Part shown: positions 14,314 through 36,100 of the stretch, one piece after another
How positions within the stretch are numbered: the stretch's first letter is position 1
How the letters are laid out: each line of letters starts with the position of its first letter
NCBI GenBank assembly: GCA_004431415.1
Contig: QPMI01000096.1
Coordinates: 140,114 to 204,113, forward strand
Direction: 5' to 3'
Source: Cyanophora paradoxa CCMP329
Taxonomy: Eukaryota; Plantae; Glaucophyta
DNA: 64,000 nt
The notes under the pieces: generated by a model
What the model was told of the DNA's origin: nothing
Seen by the model: the letters and a program-made list of their open reading frames with translations, nothing else
The model's database searches: none
Made by a program: the position numbers and the translations under genes

Positions 14314-14724
14314 CAGGGCTGTCAGCCGGAATATTCCAGCCTGGAACGTTCCCGGAATATTAGAAAATTTTGGGAAAATTTTCGCGTCCCGTTTGCAGGG
14401 GGAAAATTTTAGGAAATTGAATATAGTTTAATGATTATTTTATTCATTTTCATCCCTTTTCTGCGCCCCCTCCCCCCCTTCTGACCCCACCACGGGCCTT
14501 GCATTTCCGTCTCCAAGCTCCAGATGGCTGTATACTGTCTCTCAGAATGCTTGTTGTGATGTTATCTTAGTGCTTCGCAGCTTTGAAAGGGCGTCTGCGG
14601 TGCGCAGCGCACGGTATTGAGAATTTTCCAGGATTTTGTATGGTGGAATATTCCGGGAACGTTCCCGGAATATTCCTCAAAATTTTCTGGTCCATTTTGG
14701 GGGGGTAAAATTTTGACAGCCCTG
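14314..14724. mobile_element. hAT-like non-autonomous DNA transposon (MITE), 411 bp
   Basis: Perfect 11-bp TIRs CAGGGCTGTCA (14314-14324) and TGACAGCCCTG (14714-14724), flanked by an exact 8-bp TSD ACTCCGGC (14306-14313 and 14725-14732). Subterminal GGAATATT/GGAACGTTCCCGGAATATT/AAAATTTT motifs lie near both ends, and the interior is AT-richer. A CAGGG start with an 8-bp TSD is the hAT signature. Confidence 0.88.
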
Positions 14725-15243
14725 ACTCCGGCCCCGGGGCCGGACTCCCGCCGGAGGCCCGGAGCTCGAGGGCCGTCGACTCGGCGTCGAGTCGGCGTCG
14801 AATGGACTCGAATCGGCGTCGAGGCGCCCCAAGTTCCCCCAACTTGCCTCCAACCAGGCTCCAAGCCCCAAAACTCCGCGCCGGGTCGAACTCCAGTACC
14901 TGCGAGTCGACGAGTACTAGTACGTCTGCATGTGCTGCGAGGCGGCAGTTACCTTGACTAGTGTACCCCCACCGTCCCCGGTACGACGTGTTCGCTCTTA
15001 GAGGCCGTGTGGCGCCGCGCGGCTTCCAAGCTCCACCTGGCGGCGGTGTGAGCGCGCGCTGCTGCTCGTTCTCTGCATCCGGATTCTGGAGCAGAGCAGC
15101 TCCATCCATACCGGCGACAGAAGCTCAAGCTCCAGCAGCTGAACGCCCTCCAGACCAGCGCCCGCAGCTGGCCCCGTCACCAGACACCATTAGTCCGGCG
15201 CGTCCAGAATAGCCCACGCAGCGTTGGTAGGCACCGATCAGCG

Positions 15244-25096
<9,853 letters not shown>

Positions 25097-26436
25097 GCTT
25101 AGGCTTCGATCAGGCCTTGACTCGGCTCGGCGGCTGGGCCCCCTGCGGGCTTCAAGGCTGCAGCTCGCGCCCTCGCCTTGCAATTGTATTCCCGGTATAT
25201 ATGTACCCGTTGGCTTCGCGATCGGCTCCTGTCGCGCGGTCCAGGCTTGCAATTGGACTCCATCTAATTCTTTCCATTCAATTTCGGGGGTATCATAGTA
25301 ACGCGACCCCTTTTGCCTTGCGCATGTAAGGTTCCAGACGTTCAGAATTTCTTTGTATCGACATTTTGGGGGGGAGGGGTTTTTCAGAGTTTATCTGCAG
25401 CATTATTTAGTCAGCTAGCCTCGTATTCTATTCCTCAGCGTATGACACCTTCTGTTGCACTGCTCCATTCGGTGATCGTGATGCATAGTAGTTTAGTGCT
25501 TCATGTATATTGCTAGTGGTTCCTTGCATGTTTACTTGAATGCGGACGTCCAGCTGGAAAGTCCGGGCCGGAGACACAGTCGAACGGGAAACTCGACACC
25601 CTAAGCCTCCGCACATGTATCCGGTGATCATGATCATAGTTGACTCCCGGCCTGGCCTCCACTGCGCATGCCGCATCATGATCATGACCTACGCAGTGCT
25701 GCATGCGCAGGGCGGCCCGCTAGCGCTTGGCCCTGCCGCCCGGGGGCCCGGGGGCCGGGCCGGGGGCCGGCCCGGCCCTGGCCCGCGCCCGGGGCCGCGG
25801 GCCGCGGCGCCGGCCGGGGCCCGGGGCCGGGGCCGGGGCCGGGACCCAGGGGCCCGGGCCCGGGGGCCGGGGGCGGCGGGGCCCGACCGGCCTCGACGCC
25901 GCCCGATCGCGAGCCGCCCGACTCGGCTATATCGATCGACTCGTACATGTCGAGCTGCAGCCTGCACAGTACTAGTCACTGAGTCTGCACTGCGGCAGGC
26001 GCCGGCAGCTACCGGTACGTACTGAAATCTTTGAGAATTCGAAAAAGCGCCACTGCAGCTGCACGCGCGCGCGGCTAGTACTAGTGGGTCAGGGGGTAGG
26101 TGGATCAGGAGGGGTACGTATGGAAAGCGCATTCGAATTCGTCAAATTCAACGATTCACAAAAAGCAAAACAATTGCAACTGGAGGCTGCAAGCGTATAG
26201 CTAGTCTTTAAGTGTAGCTAGTTTAAAGACCTGAAGGGGGAGCTAGTGCGGCTAATCTGGCGTTGAAAAGGTTGTGATGATAGTTGGTTGGCCTAGCTAG
26301 GCCTGGCCTGGGCCTGGGCGGCCAGCGCCGCGGCCGACATCGATCACGGCTTGTCTAGATCTGGCGTTGAAAAGGTTACGATAGTTGGTCGGCCTAGCTA
26401 GGCCTAGGCTAGGGGGGCCGCCGCGGCCGATCACGG

Positions 26437-29400
26437 TCAGGCCTTGGAGGGCGTGCCGGCGCCGGCGACGTCGATGGAGAGGCGATCGTGCGAGGCGATG
26501 CCGGAGGCCATAGCCCCGAGGAGCGCCGTCGGCACCAGCGCGTCCTTGGCGCTCGCGTCCTGCTTCTCCACGTAGTTCTGCTCCCCGGCGGCCCCGCCCC
26601 GGCGCGTCAAGTCGCAGTCCAAGGCGGGGCGGATCCGGTGTGCGTCTAGATGGTGGGGCACGGGGCGAGAGGGGTCCGGAGGGGATCTACAGGTCCGGAG
26701 GAGGAGGAGGTGGTGGTGGAGGAGGGAGGGGCGCACGAGGTTGGCCATGGCGGAGGTGTAGTCCGAGTCGTCGTGCTTCCGCAGGCGGTGGCCCTTGGGG
26801 ATGCCCCCCGGCGGCGGGTCCGGGTGCCGCGCCCTCGCCCGCTCCTGCTCCTCGGGGGCGAGCACGGCGAGGGCCAGCGCCGTGTCCGTCGCGTGCAGCA
26901 CGCCGTTCGCGAAGCCGGCGCGCGGCTTGCCCTTCACGACGTGCAGCTCCTTCTCCGCCGGCGTGAGCGCCGCCTGCAGACAGACAGGAAGTCAAGGGCG
27001 CGCCAGAAGCAGAGCGCAGGGGAAGGCCTCGCGAGCGAGCCTTGTAAAGCATAGTTGCGTAGACGGATCCGCCGTAGGAAACGATGGCCCCAAGCTCTGC
27101 GAAGACGGGGCGGGGCGGGGGGCCGGGGCCTCGCTCAGCGGGGCCCAGCCAAGTCAAGTCTGTCCGGGGGAGCGTTCGCCCGCACCGGTGAACGGCTTCA
27201 TCCACGCGACGTTGCGGATCGTCGCGACGACGCGCTTCACCTGCGCCGCGGCCTCGGCTCAGGCGGAGCTTAGAGGGCGGGGCGGTGGGGCCGGGGGCGA
27301 CCTGCAGGGCGTGGATGAGGTACTCGCAGACGGCGTACGTCTCCCGCTCCGTGCCCAGCGAGACGAGGGCCGCCTGCCGCGGAGGCAGAGACCGAGTCAG
27401 AGCAAGGCAAAGCAAAGCAAAGCGGAGGAGCAAGCAAGGACCTCGACGGAGGTGGCGGTGACGTCGAAGGTCTGCTCGACCATAGCCGAGAGGAGCGCCT
27501 CCACGCCCTGCTCCACGTCGTCGCCCCCGCTGGCCCCGGCAGCTCCGGCTCCGCCCTTGCCGGCGCCGTGGTCGTCCGCCTTGTGCCGCGCGACGTCCAT
27601 GTGCCGGATCGTCGCCCCGCCCTACACGGCGCGCTGGCGTCAGGCGGCGCGCGGCGCGTGGGGCGGCGGCCGCTCGCCTTGGCGAAGTAGACCTCGCTCT
27701 TCTGGAGCATGGGGATGGAGACGTTCAGCGGTGGGTTGACACTGCCCTCCTGCGCGCCGGCGACAGGGGTCAGTAAGGCTAGGCCGCGGGATCCGCGGGA
27801 GAGCCCGCGGGACGCGCACAGCCGACTTCTCGCTGCCGGTGCCCGCCCCGACGGCGAGCCCCTCCGCGGTGCTGGGGGAGCGGCTGGGCGGCTGCGGCTG
27901 GCCCAGCGACGTGTCCGAGACAGAGAGTGGGATGCCGCCCCCGCCGGGCGCCGCGACGCCGGTCGTGGACGCCCCGTCGCTCCCGAACGGCACGAAGTCG
28001 GCGCCGAGCTCCGCAGCGGCGCGCTGGAGCCGCTCCGAGTCGACGTCGAGGACGGTGAGGTGCGCCTTTGCGTCTTGTATGCGCTTCGCCGCCAGCAGCG
28101 CCGACTCGTCCTCCAGGCCGACGACGAGGACGCGGCGAGCGGGGCCGCCCGTCGCGACCAGCTCGTCGACCTGCGGCGAGGCGAGGCGGGGGAAGGGAGT
28201 GAGAAGACATTCTCGGATCAAATCGCCCGGATCAAATCTATCTATTTATATCCATCGGGGGGTACCTCGAGGCTCTCGTCGGGGATCTCGCCCGCCATCT
28301 TGATGCCGGCCTTCGCGAGCAGGACCTGTACCCCCCCGGCGGCTCTCAGAGGGAGGGGGCGCAGGCTGGCGCAAGGGCGGCGTGTACCCCCAGGATGTTG
28401 TTGATCAGCACCGAGCCCAGGATCGCGGTCGCTGCGGGGCGGGCGCGGCGTCATGAAGGGTAGGATGAAGGAAGGAAGGAAGGAACGCGGGGACGCGGGC
28501 GGGCGGGGCGCACAGAACTCGGTGCCGAACTCGTCGAACATGAGCTCGATCTTGGCGACGAGGCCGAAGGACATGCCGCCCTGCGGCGCGTACCTGCCGC
28601 GCCCGCCGGCCGGCCGCTCAGCGGGCGAGCGGCTCTCGGAAGGGAGAAGAAGAAGGGCGCACGTGAGCCACATGCCCTTCCAGAAGGCGGGCGGCTGCTT
28701 GAGGGCGAGCCCGACGGGGATGCAGCCGACGGCGCACGCCAGCATGCGCACGATCACGTACACGATCGCGAAGCTGCGCCGGCGCCGTCGTCAGCAGAAG
28801 GGACGGGCGAGGCGACGCGGCGACGCGGAGGGAGGAGGGAGGGAGGGCGCCGCGGGACAGGCTCTTAGAATCCTTAGAAGCCTAACCTAAAGAACCTTCC
28901 AGGCTCTAAAGAACAGCCTAGATTCTTTAGGTTAGGCTATAAGGTTCTTTCTTAAGCGCACAGGAGGGCCTTCGGGTTAGGCTTCTACGGTTCTTCATGA
29001 TTGAGGTTCTTGAGGTTAGGCTCCTAAGGCTATTTTTAGAGCGCACAGGAGGGCCTTGGCGAGGACGCCGGCGTTGATCTTGGCGCCCGAGAGCGTGAAG
29101 AAAGGGACGAAGACGTAGGGCGAGACCTGCGTCGGATCAAATCAGATCAGATCAGATCGGATCGGATCGGATCAGATCGGATCAGAAGGGGGGCGAGACC
29201 TCGCTCAGGAAGGAGAGGAACTTGTTGCGGTTCCCCACCTGCGTGCGGCGGTGCGGCGGGGGCCGTCAGAGCGGCTTAGCGGGGCGGGCAGCCTCTTCTG
29301 AAGGAGCGGGCGGGGCGGTGGGCGGGGCGGGGCTCGGAAGGGAAGAGGGGGGGGGGGGGGGGGCTCGGCGGGCAGAGAGAGGGAGAGAGCGCGCGGGGCG

Positions 29401-31080
29401 AGTTGGAGGGGGGAAGGGAGGGGGGGTACGGGCCTGGTTCGTGGCGACGTAGCCGGCGGTGATGGTGACGAGGAGACCCTCCAGCGAGAGGTCCGCCTTG
29501 AGGAAGCGCAGGCTGGGGGGGAGGAGTCGGCTCAGATCAGATCTGAGCGGGGCGGGGCGGGGCGCTCAGATCAGATCTGAGCGGACCTGAGGTAGTCGGC
29601 GGTCGCGGAGAGCTGCTCGGTGCCCCACCCCAGAAGCAGGATGGCCCAGTGGAAGGGGATCCGCGGGTACCGCGCGTTCAGGTTCAGCCTGCGCTCAGGT
29701 GAGTCGGGGCGGCGCGAGACGGCGAGGGGCGGGGCGGGGCGGGGCGAACAGGACGACGATGAGCTTGCCGACGAGCCAGCCGGCGATGAACGAGGCGACG
29801 ATGTTGATCACGAGGAAGACCATAGCCAGCGGGCTGAAGCCGCCCCCAAGGATCGCCTGCCGCGCGCCCGCTGAGGGAGGCCGGAGGGCCGGGCGGCTGC
29901 GGGGATGGAGGGGGGGTGGGGTACCGTGTTGGCGTAGCTGGAGCTAACGGAGAAGAAGATGAGCGCCAGCATGCAGCTGCCGGCGGCGGCGTCAGGCAGG
30001 GTCGCGTGCGCGCACGATCGACAGGGCGCGTACCCGACGGCGGTGTTTCCCATGACGCAGCTGCGCGGGCGGGAACGGTTCAGCGCCCCTGCGGCGGCGG
30101 CGGCGGAGGAGGAGGCGGCGCTGGTGGGGGCGGGCGGCGGCGCACGAGGTGCTGCACGGCGCAGAGAAGACGGGGCGGAGAAGCGGGGGACGCGTCAGCG
30201 CGCTCGCTCGGAGGGAAAGATAGCTAGGGCGGAGCACGCACAAGGGACCTGCGGAGCGGTCGAGTCAGCGGCGGGCGCGGGAAAGGGGGCCGGGCGGGGG
30301 TCGAACCCTTGGCCTTGATCTCGCGAACAAGGCCGCTGCGGGGCGGGGAGGGCGTTAGGCGGCGGCGCTGGAAGGATGGGAGCCCTTCCGGACGCACAGG
30401 AGGGAGCCCGGGGCGAGCGCGATGGAGACGCAGCCGCAGAGGAGGCCAAGGGAGATGCGCTGCGAGAGCGTCGCGCCCTTCGGCTCGGCGAGAAGCCCCG
30501 CCATCTGGAAGACCGAGACGAAGAGAGCGCCGAAGAGGAGCTGGGCGAGCGAGAAGCCGAGCGTGACGAGCAGGATGGACTTCAGGCTGCTGCGGATCTG
30601 CGGCATGTAGAGCTCCGCGCCGGCGCTCATGCTGATGAACGCCAGGCCTGTCTGCTGGATCATCGCCAGCTGCTTCAGCTTGCTCTTCTCGCCTGCCGCG
30701 CCCCGCTGTTAGGCGGCGAGGCGGCGGCGGCGGGTCGCGGACGGCGGCGCACCCAGCATGCCCACGGCCGACGCGCACATCCCGACGAGCACGTAGCTGC
30801 GCGCGCGCGTGAGCTGGAGTGGTCGCGCGCAGGCGTTCCGGCGGGGCTCACGTGCAGATGGCCGGCAATTTGATTTTCTGCGGGCGGCGCGGGTCGTGAG
30901 CGCACGCGTCGGCGGGCTAGAGAGCGGAAGCGCACCTGTCCATACGGGACGATGCGGGCTGCCGCAAAGCTGCGCGGCAAGCGCGTCGGCGGAAGACGAC
31001 AAGCGATTCGGCGCGCGCCCGCACCACAGGATGCTGAAGGCCAGCGCAACGCCCCAGAACGTGGAGTTATAAGCGATCAT
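26437..31080 (-). CDS. CPA2/Kef-like cation:proton antiporter with C-terminal TrkA-N/RCK-like domain (multi-exon)
   Basis: Many TM exons: 'ALAFSIL..LPAITSYVLVGM', 'GLAFISMSAGAEL', 'SLEGLLVTITAGYVATN', 'VSPYVFVPFFTLSGAKI', 'YVIVRMLACAVG', 'PQGGMSFGLV'. Then a Rossmann-like 'RRVLVVGLE...LTVLDVDSERLQRA' and 'RVVATIRNVAW'. Stop at 26437-26439. The start at ATG 31080 is tentative. Confidence 0.72.
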
Positions 31081-33198
31081 GGCTTTGCCGGATGCAGGAT
31101 GGGATGGTCACGATTCTTGCGGCACGCACGCCGCAGAGCCCTGCTCGGCGAATGAGTCAAAGAGTCGCGACGGGCGCCGACAATGATGCACCTTCTGTAG
31201 AGCCAAATGGGCGGAGTTATGCCACAGAACGCTTGCGAACGCTTGCAAGCGTGTCGCTATCGGCGCGCGGCTCCGGATGAATCGGTGGCGACCACACGTG
31301 CGACTGCTGCACGTGAAGTGGATGTTAGGTCACTGTGCCCGAACGAATGAAGCCAGGCGCCGCGCGCCGGTGGTTGGCGCTCGAAACGCACGATGGATAC
31401 CGCGTGACAGAGCGCCTAGAGCTGCCTGTGCGCTACCTCTAGGACACCGTTCCGCGCTATCTGTAGCTGCGCAGCTGCGTGCGCGCCGCTCGGCTTCGCT
31501 GGCGCTGTACCCGGGGTGAGGGGGGGCCAAGGTCACATGAATTTTCGCGAGCCGGGGCTGGCATGGGCTGTTGGGCGGCGTTGACGCGACCGCTCGCGCG
31601 GGCCGCGCGGCCCGCGCGGCCCGCGGCGCCCCGCGCCCCGCAGCCGGGCGCCGGCGCCGGCCGGGGTGACCGTCGGACGCGACCGCCCGCCGCGGCGCGC
31701 CCGGGCTAGCGCCGCTAGCTCGAGCTCTCTCTGCACGCCGCTGCGCGCATGCCCTCCGGCGTCTCTCCAGTCTCCAGCGCATGCGCATGCGCAGCCGCTC
31801 GAGCTGCGAGCCTCGGAGCTCGGCCGAGCCTTGACTCCCGATCGCGAATTTCGCCCCCGCCGCGTGCTGCCCCTCGAACTTGAATTCGAAATTCGCCCAC
31901 GCCGCCGCGGCCGGCGCCGCCCTCGAACCCGCCCGCGGCCCGCGCCGCCGCCCCTCGAATTTGCCGCCGGGCGAGCCGGAGCAACTTCGAATTCTGGCCC
32001 CGGCACGCCGGGCGCGCGCGGCGCGGCGGGACTGGCCATGGTGCGGCGCCGGCGCCGGCGGCGAGGCTGCGGTGCACGTACGTATACGCGTGGCCCATGG
32101 CCAGTGGCGGCCCGCGCGCCCCGCGGCCCATGGCCACCGGCTGCGATCCCGGCCCGCCCCCAAAGCTCGGCCGGTCGATATCACGAGGGACAGCGCACGT
32201 GCGGGAGCTCGAGCTCGATCGCGAGCGCTGGCCTGGCCGTGCACGTGCACCGGAGAGGCGGGGCCGGGCGGGCCGGGGCGGGCGCGGGTCGGGCTCTCGA
32301 CCGACTCTCGACAGGGCAGAGAGGCGGGGCACGTACGCGTGCACCAGCACCGGCACCGGCGCCGGTTCCGGCGCCGGGTCCGGGATTGCAACTGGGGATT
32401 CCGAAAGTTAACTACCAGGCTATATAGGCTATAGCGAAGTAAGCTTGAACTCATGATGGGCGATGCTGCCCGTCGCGATCGGCGCCATCGCGCTTCCGGG
32501 ACCTGTTGTAAGCTTAAGGGATCTGCCCCCAGGGCTGGCCTGGGCCGCGGCCGCGGCCGAGGGGGCGAGGGCGGGGGGGGCGAGGGGGCGGGGAGGGGAG
32601 GGGGGAGTAGGGGGGAAGGTAGGGGGGATCCGGAAACAGGAAACAGAGATTGGGAGTAGGGGTCCATATATACAGGAGGCCTCCGCACGAGGCTTGCGAT
32701 TGCCCCCCCCCCCCCCCCCCTCCCCCCCCCGGCCTCCTCCCCCTAGGCCTCCCGCTCCGGATCCCTTGCGCCCCGGCCCCCCTCCGCCCCCTCCCCTCCA
32801 CACTCCCACCCCTCTCACACACCCCCCACATGCCTGCCCCACGCGTACTATACGGTATGTGCACTCCGGATGCTCGAAGCTTAATATAAGAGGGTCCTGA
32901 TCAGCCTGGTCATGATCAGATGATCAGATCCATGCATATATATATCTGCGCATGCACGTGCCGCCAGTGCACTCCGGATCTTTGAACTTATAATTAAGAG
33001 AGTCCTCATCAGCCGATACGCGTACGTTGATGTACTGATCATAATTATCGATAGCACAACCGTGTACGCGCGCGCACGGCACCCATGGCCACGTACGCAT
33101 ACGTAAAATTCCGAAGTTCGCCATACCGTAAAGCACATAGCACTTCCATCGCTAATGCTTCTAATCAAAATATCACACATCACCGGAGCTTAATTATA

Positions 33199-36100
33199 TT
33201 AGGTGGCGATCTCGCAGTCCGCAACGAGAGCCTCCTCCTCGAAAACGATATCTTCCGTCTCGATCTCGATCGCGAATTCGAAATCCGGGTTCTGCAGAAG
33301 CACCGGTGAGGCTCGAGCTCGCCGATCGCGAGAGAATTCGAGTGATCATGAGATTCGAGCGGACCTCCAGGGACGCGTCCTCGTCCACTTCGGCCACGTC
33401 CTCGTCCACGCGCCAGGGCAACGTGCGCGGGTCGACTTTCACACTGCCAGAACACAATATAAACATAATAATTAGAGGCGCGGCCTCCTCTAGGAATTCG
33501 AAGTCGCTTACATCTTGTCGACACGAACTTCCCCGTTCGCGTTCGCATTGTAGCACGAGGTGTCGACCGACTCGCTCCGCCAAATTTCCAAAACGCCGAC
33601 CGACTTGTACCCGTGCAGCAGGCACGCCTTGTAGAAATCGGCTCCGACGTCGGATGTGAAGAGGCCTTGATCGCCTGTGCAGTCGGCCTCCTGCGGGCCG
33701 GGCGTGAAGCGCGTCAGACATCGCAAAAACGAACAGGCCCAAGATCGGATAAGCGCGCGGCGGCATGCCTTGAAGCACATCTTGCGGAAATTGCCTGCGC
33801 AGGATCGGTTGGATTCGATGTCAAGATCGATATTAATAAACGACGCCGGCTTCGAGCTCGCATACCCCCCGAGACTGGGACGCCCAGGCTTCCCGCAGAA
33901 CGTGTTGATTCGTCCCATGACCACGAAATTCTGCGAAACTTTAGCCAGAGCCCGCCTCAACCGCGCCTCGCCTGGGAGAAGCACGTCTTGCTGGCATCGG
34001 TTGCCCCGGATGAGGTGACGTTGTAGCAGGAAGCCTTGTTCAGATCGGCGCCGCTTCCCGTCTGCTGGACGCCCATCGACTTGTACCCATTGTTGCTGCA
34101 AGCCTCCCAAAAGTCGTCTCCGACGCCCCTCGTCAGCAGAAACGGCTGGCCGGCGCAATCCGAATCCTGTCCCCAGTGGCAAACGAGATATATGAGTGAT
34201 CATGAGGCAGCATGCGCAGCCAGCAGCTGTGATAACGGGGATGTGAAAAGCGGCGGACCGTGTAGCAGACCGCGTTATTGTTGCCTAAGGTGAAGACGCC
34301 GCGGGCAGGCGTCAGAAGCAAACGCAAGCAGTGCCGCAGCATCAATGTATCGATGCGGACCCTTGAAAACAAACGTCCCGCCAATCTCCAGTTCGTTCGG
34401 CTCCCACGTCACCCTGTACGCGTTAAAGAATATTAATTATAATGAGCAGCGGAGTGGTAAAACAAATGATCATGAAACTGATCCTGAGGGCTCACAAAGT
34501 GTAGAAGCTACTGACGCTGGACTCTCCGTTTTCGCTCACATTGAAGCAGGTGCCCGCGCTGCTTCCATTCTCGCGTTGTACCGCCAACGACATGTAGCCC
34601 TTGGCTTGACAAGCCTTCCAGAAGTCGTTGCCGACACCTTCCGTCTTGAGGACTTGGTGTCCTCGGCAGTTCCGTTCCTGTACATGCACATGTCGCCATC
34701 ATCTGCAAAGTTTGCTTATAATTTCGCCAAGTGCAAGCGGACCGTAAAACAAGTTTTGTTGTATGTGCCTGCGGAGGGCAGCCGAACGGATTGATCGACG
34801 GCGATGTTCAACAGAAACGCGCAACGTTTACACACCGGTCTCCACTTGCGTTCCGCCCACCACGACGGGATCCCAGTTGACGCTGCGCCCGGCCAGCTCT
34901 CAAGCTCTCGACCCCGACTAAAGATATCGATTTCGGGCAGGCTATGTACATGTATACGTATAGCTGGATTGCACTCACGTCACTTTGCTGCTGTAGTTTT
35001 CTTGTCCGTTTGATTGCACTTCGTAGCAAGTCGCCTTCATTACGCCCCTTGACATCCCCGTTTGGACCGCCACGGCACCGTATCCGTTCGCTAGGCAAGT
35101 CTTCCAAAAATCGCCGCCAACGCCCTCGGTCTTCAGCCCCTGGTGTCCTTTGCAGAAGGATTGCTGCGAGCATTGTCAGCTCGAGAGCCGAGTCCTGCGA
35201 AGATCTAGACAAAGGCGGACCTTGAAGCAAACTTTGTTCTCGCTGCCTGCACGAACGATCAATATTAATTTTAATCATGATTGGAGTTGTGAGCAAAGGT
35301 TAGTGTGGAAGAGAGATCCAGATGCAAGGGAGGGAAAAGAGAGGGGTGGGACTAGATGCAAGGGCCGGGAGGGCATTGAGAGGGGTGGGACTACTTGCAA
35401 TTGGGCCTGATATCGATATTAATATATGCGAATAAGTGCAGGGGGCACTACCGTACGCGTAGTACGGAATAATACAGGCACGGGCAGGGCTAGCTATAGG
35501 CCTAGGGGGGATTCGCGGCCGCGCGCGCGCGTGTCGATCCGCTTACCCTTGGACACTTTGATTCCGCCGACCTCAACTGGGTCCCAGGGGAGCCTACCCG
35601 CACGCGGCCGCGAGGCCAATTCGTCAGATCTCAAATCCTATCGGCGGCGGCGTGTACGCTTATAATTATGAACTCACGTTCCCACGGAGCTCGACTCTCC
35701 CTCTGAGTTCACGTTGTAGCAACGGGCTTGGGTATTGTCGTTCGGCCATATATTCTTGACCGCAACGGACTTGTGACCGCCGACAACGCACCTGCGGTCG
35801 GGGCACGCATAATGGGTGATCATGAGATCTCGGAATCGAGAAGCCGCAGATGTATTATATATATATAGATGCCAGCATTCAGGAAAGCAGAGTCCCGTAT
35901 ACGTACGCCTTCCAGAAGTCGTTCCCGACTCCGAACGTTCGTAGACCCTGGGATCCAGTGCAATTCGAACCCTACGTGTAATCTATAAGTAACACAACAA
36001 TCGCAGGTCACAAATATTAAACTGTAAGCTTAGTGCAGAGATTTACCGTGTAGCAGACTTTGTCCAAGCCGCCTGCGGGCTCGTCGCAATTAATTAAAAA

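Noticed and set aside
26257-26435. Imperfect direct repeat (TCTGGCGTTGAAAAGGTT...GGCCTAGCTAGGCCT) twice
   Set aside because: A simple local tandem duplication in the antiporter 3' region; no TE hallmarks.
28860-29040. True or interstitial telomere array
   Set aside because: Only isolated GGGTTAGG words in scrambled filler; no regular tandem telomeric run.
35321-35393. Two-copy repeat GATGCAAGGG...GAGAGGGGTGGGACTA in a long intron
   Set aside because: No TIR or TSD could be defined; insufficient support for a mobile element.
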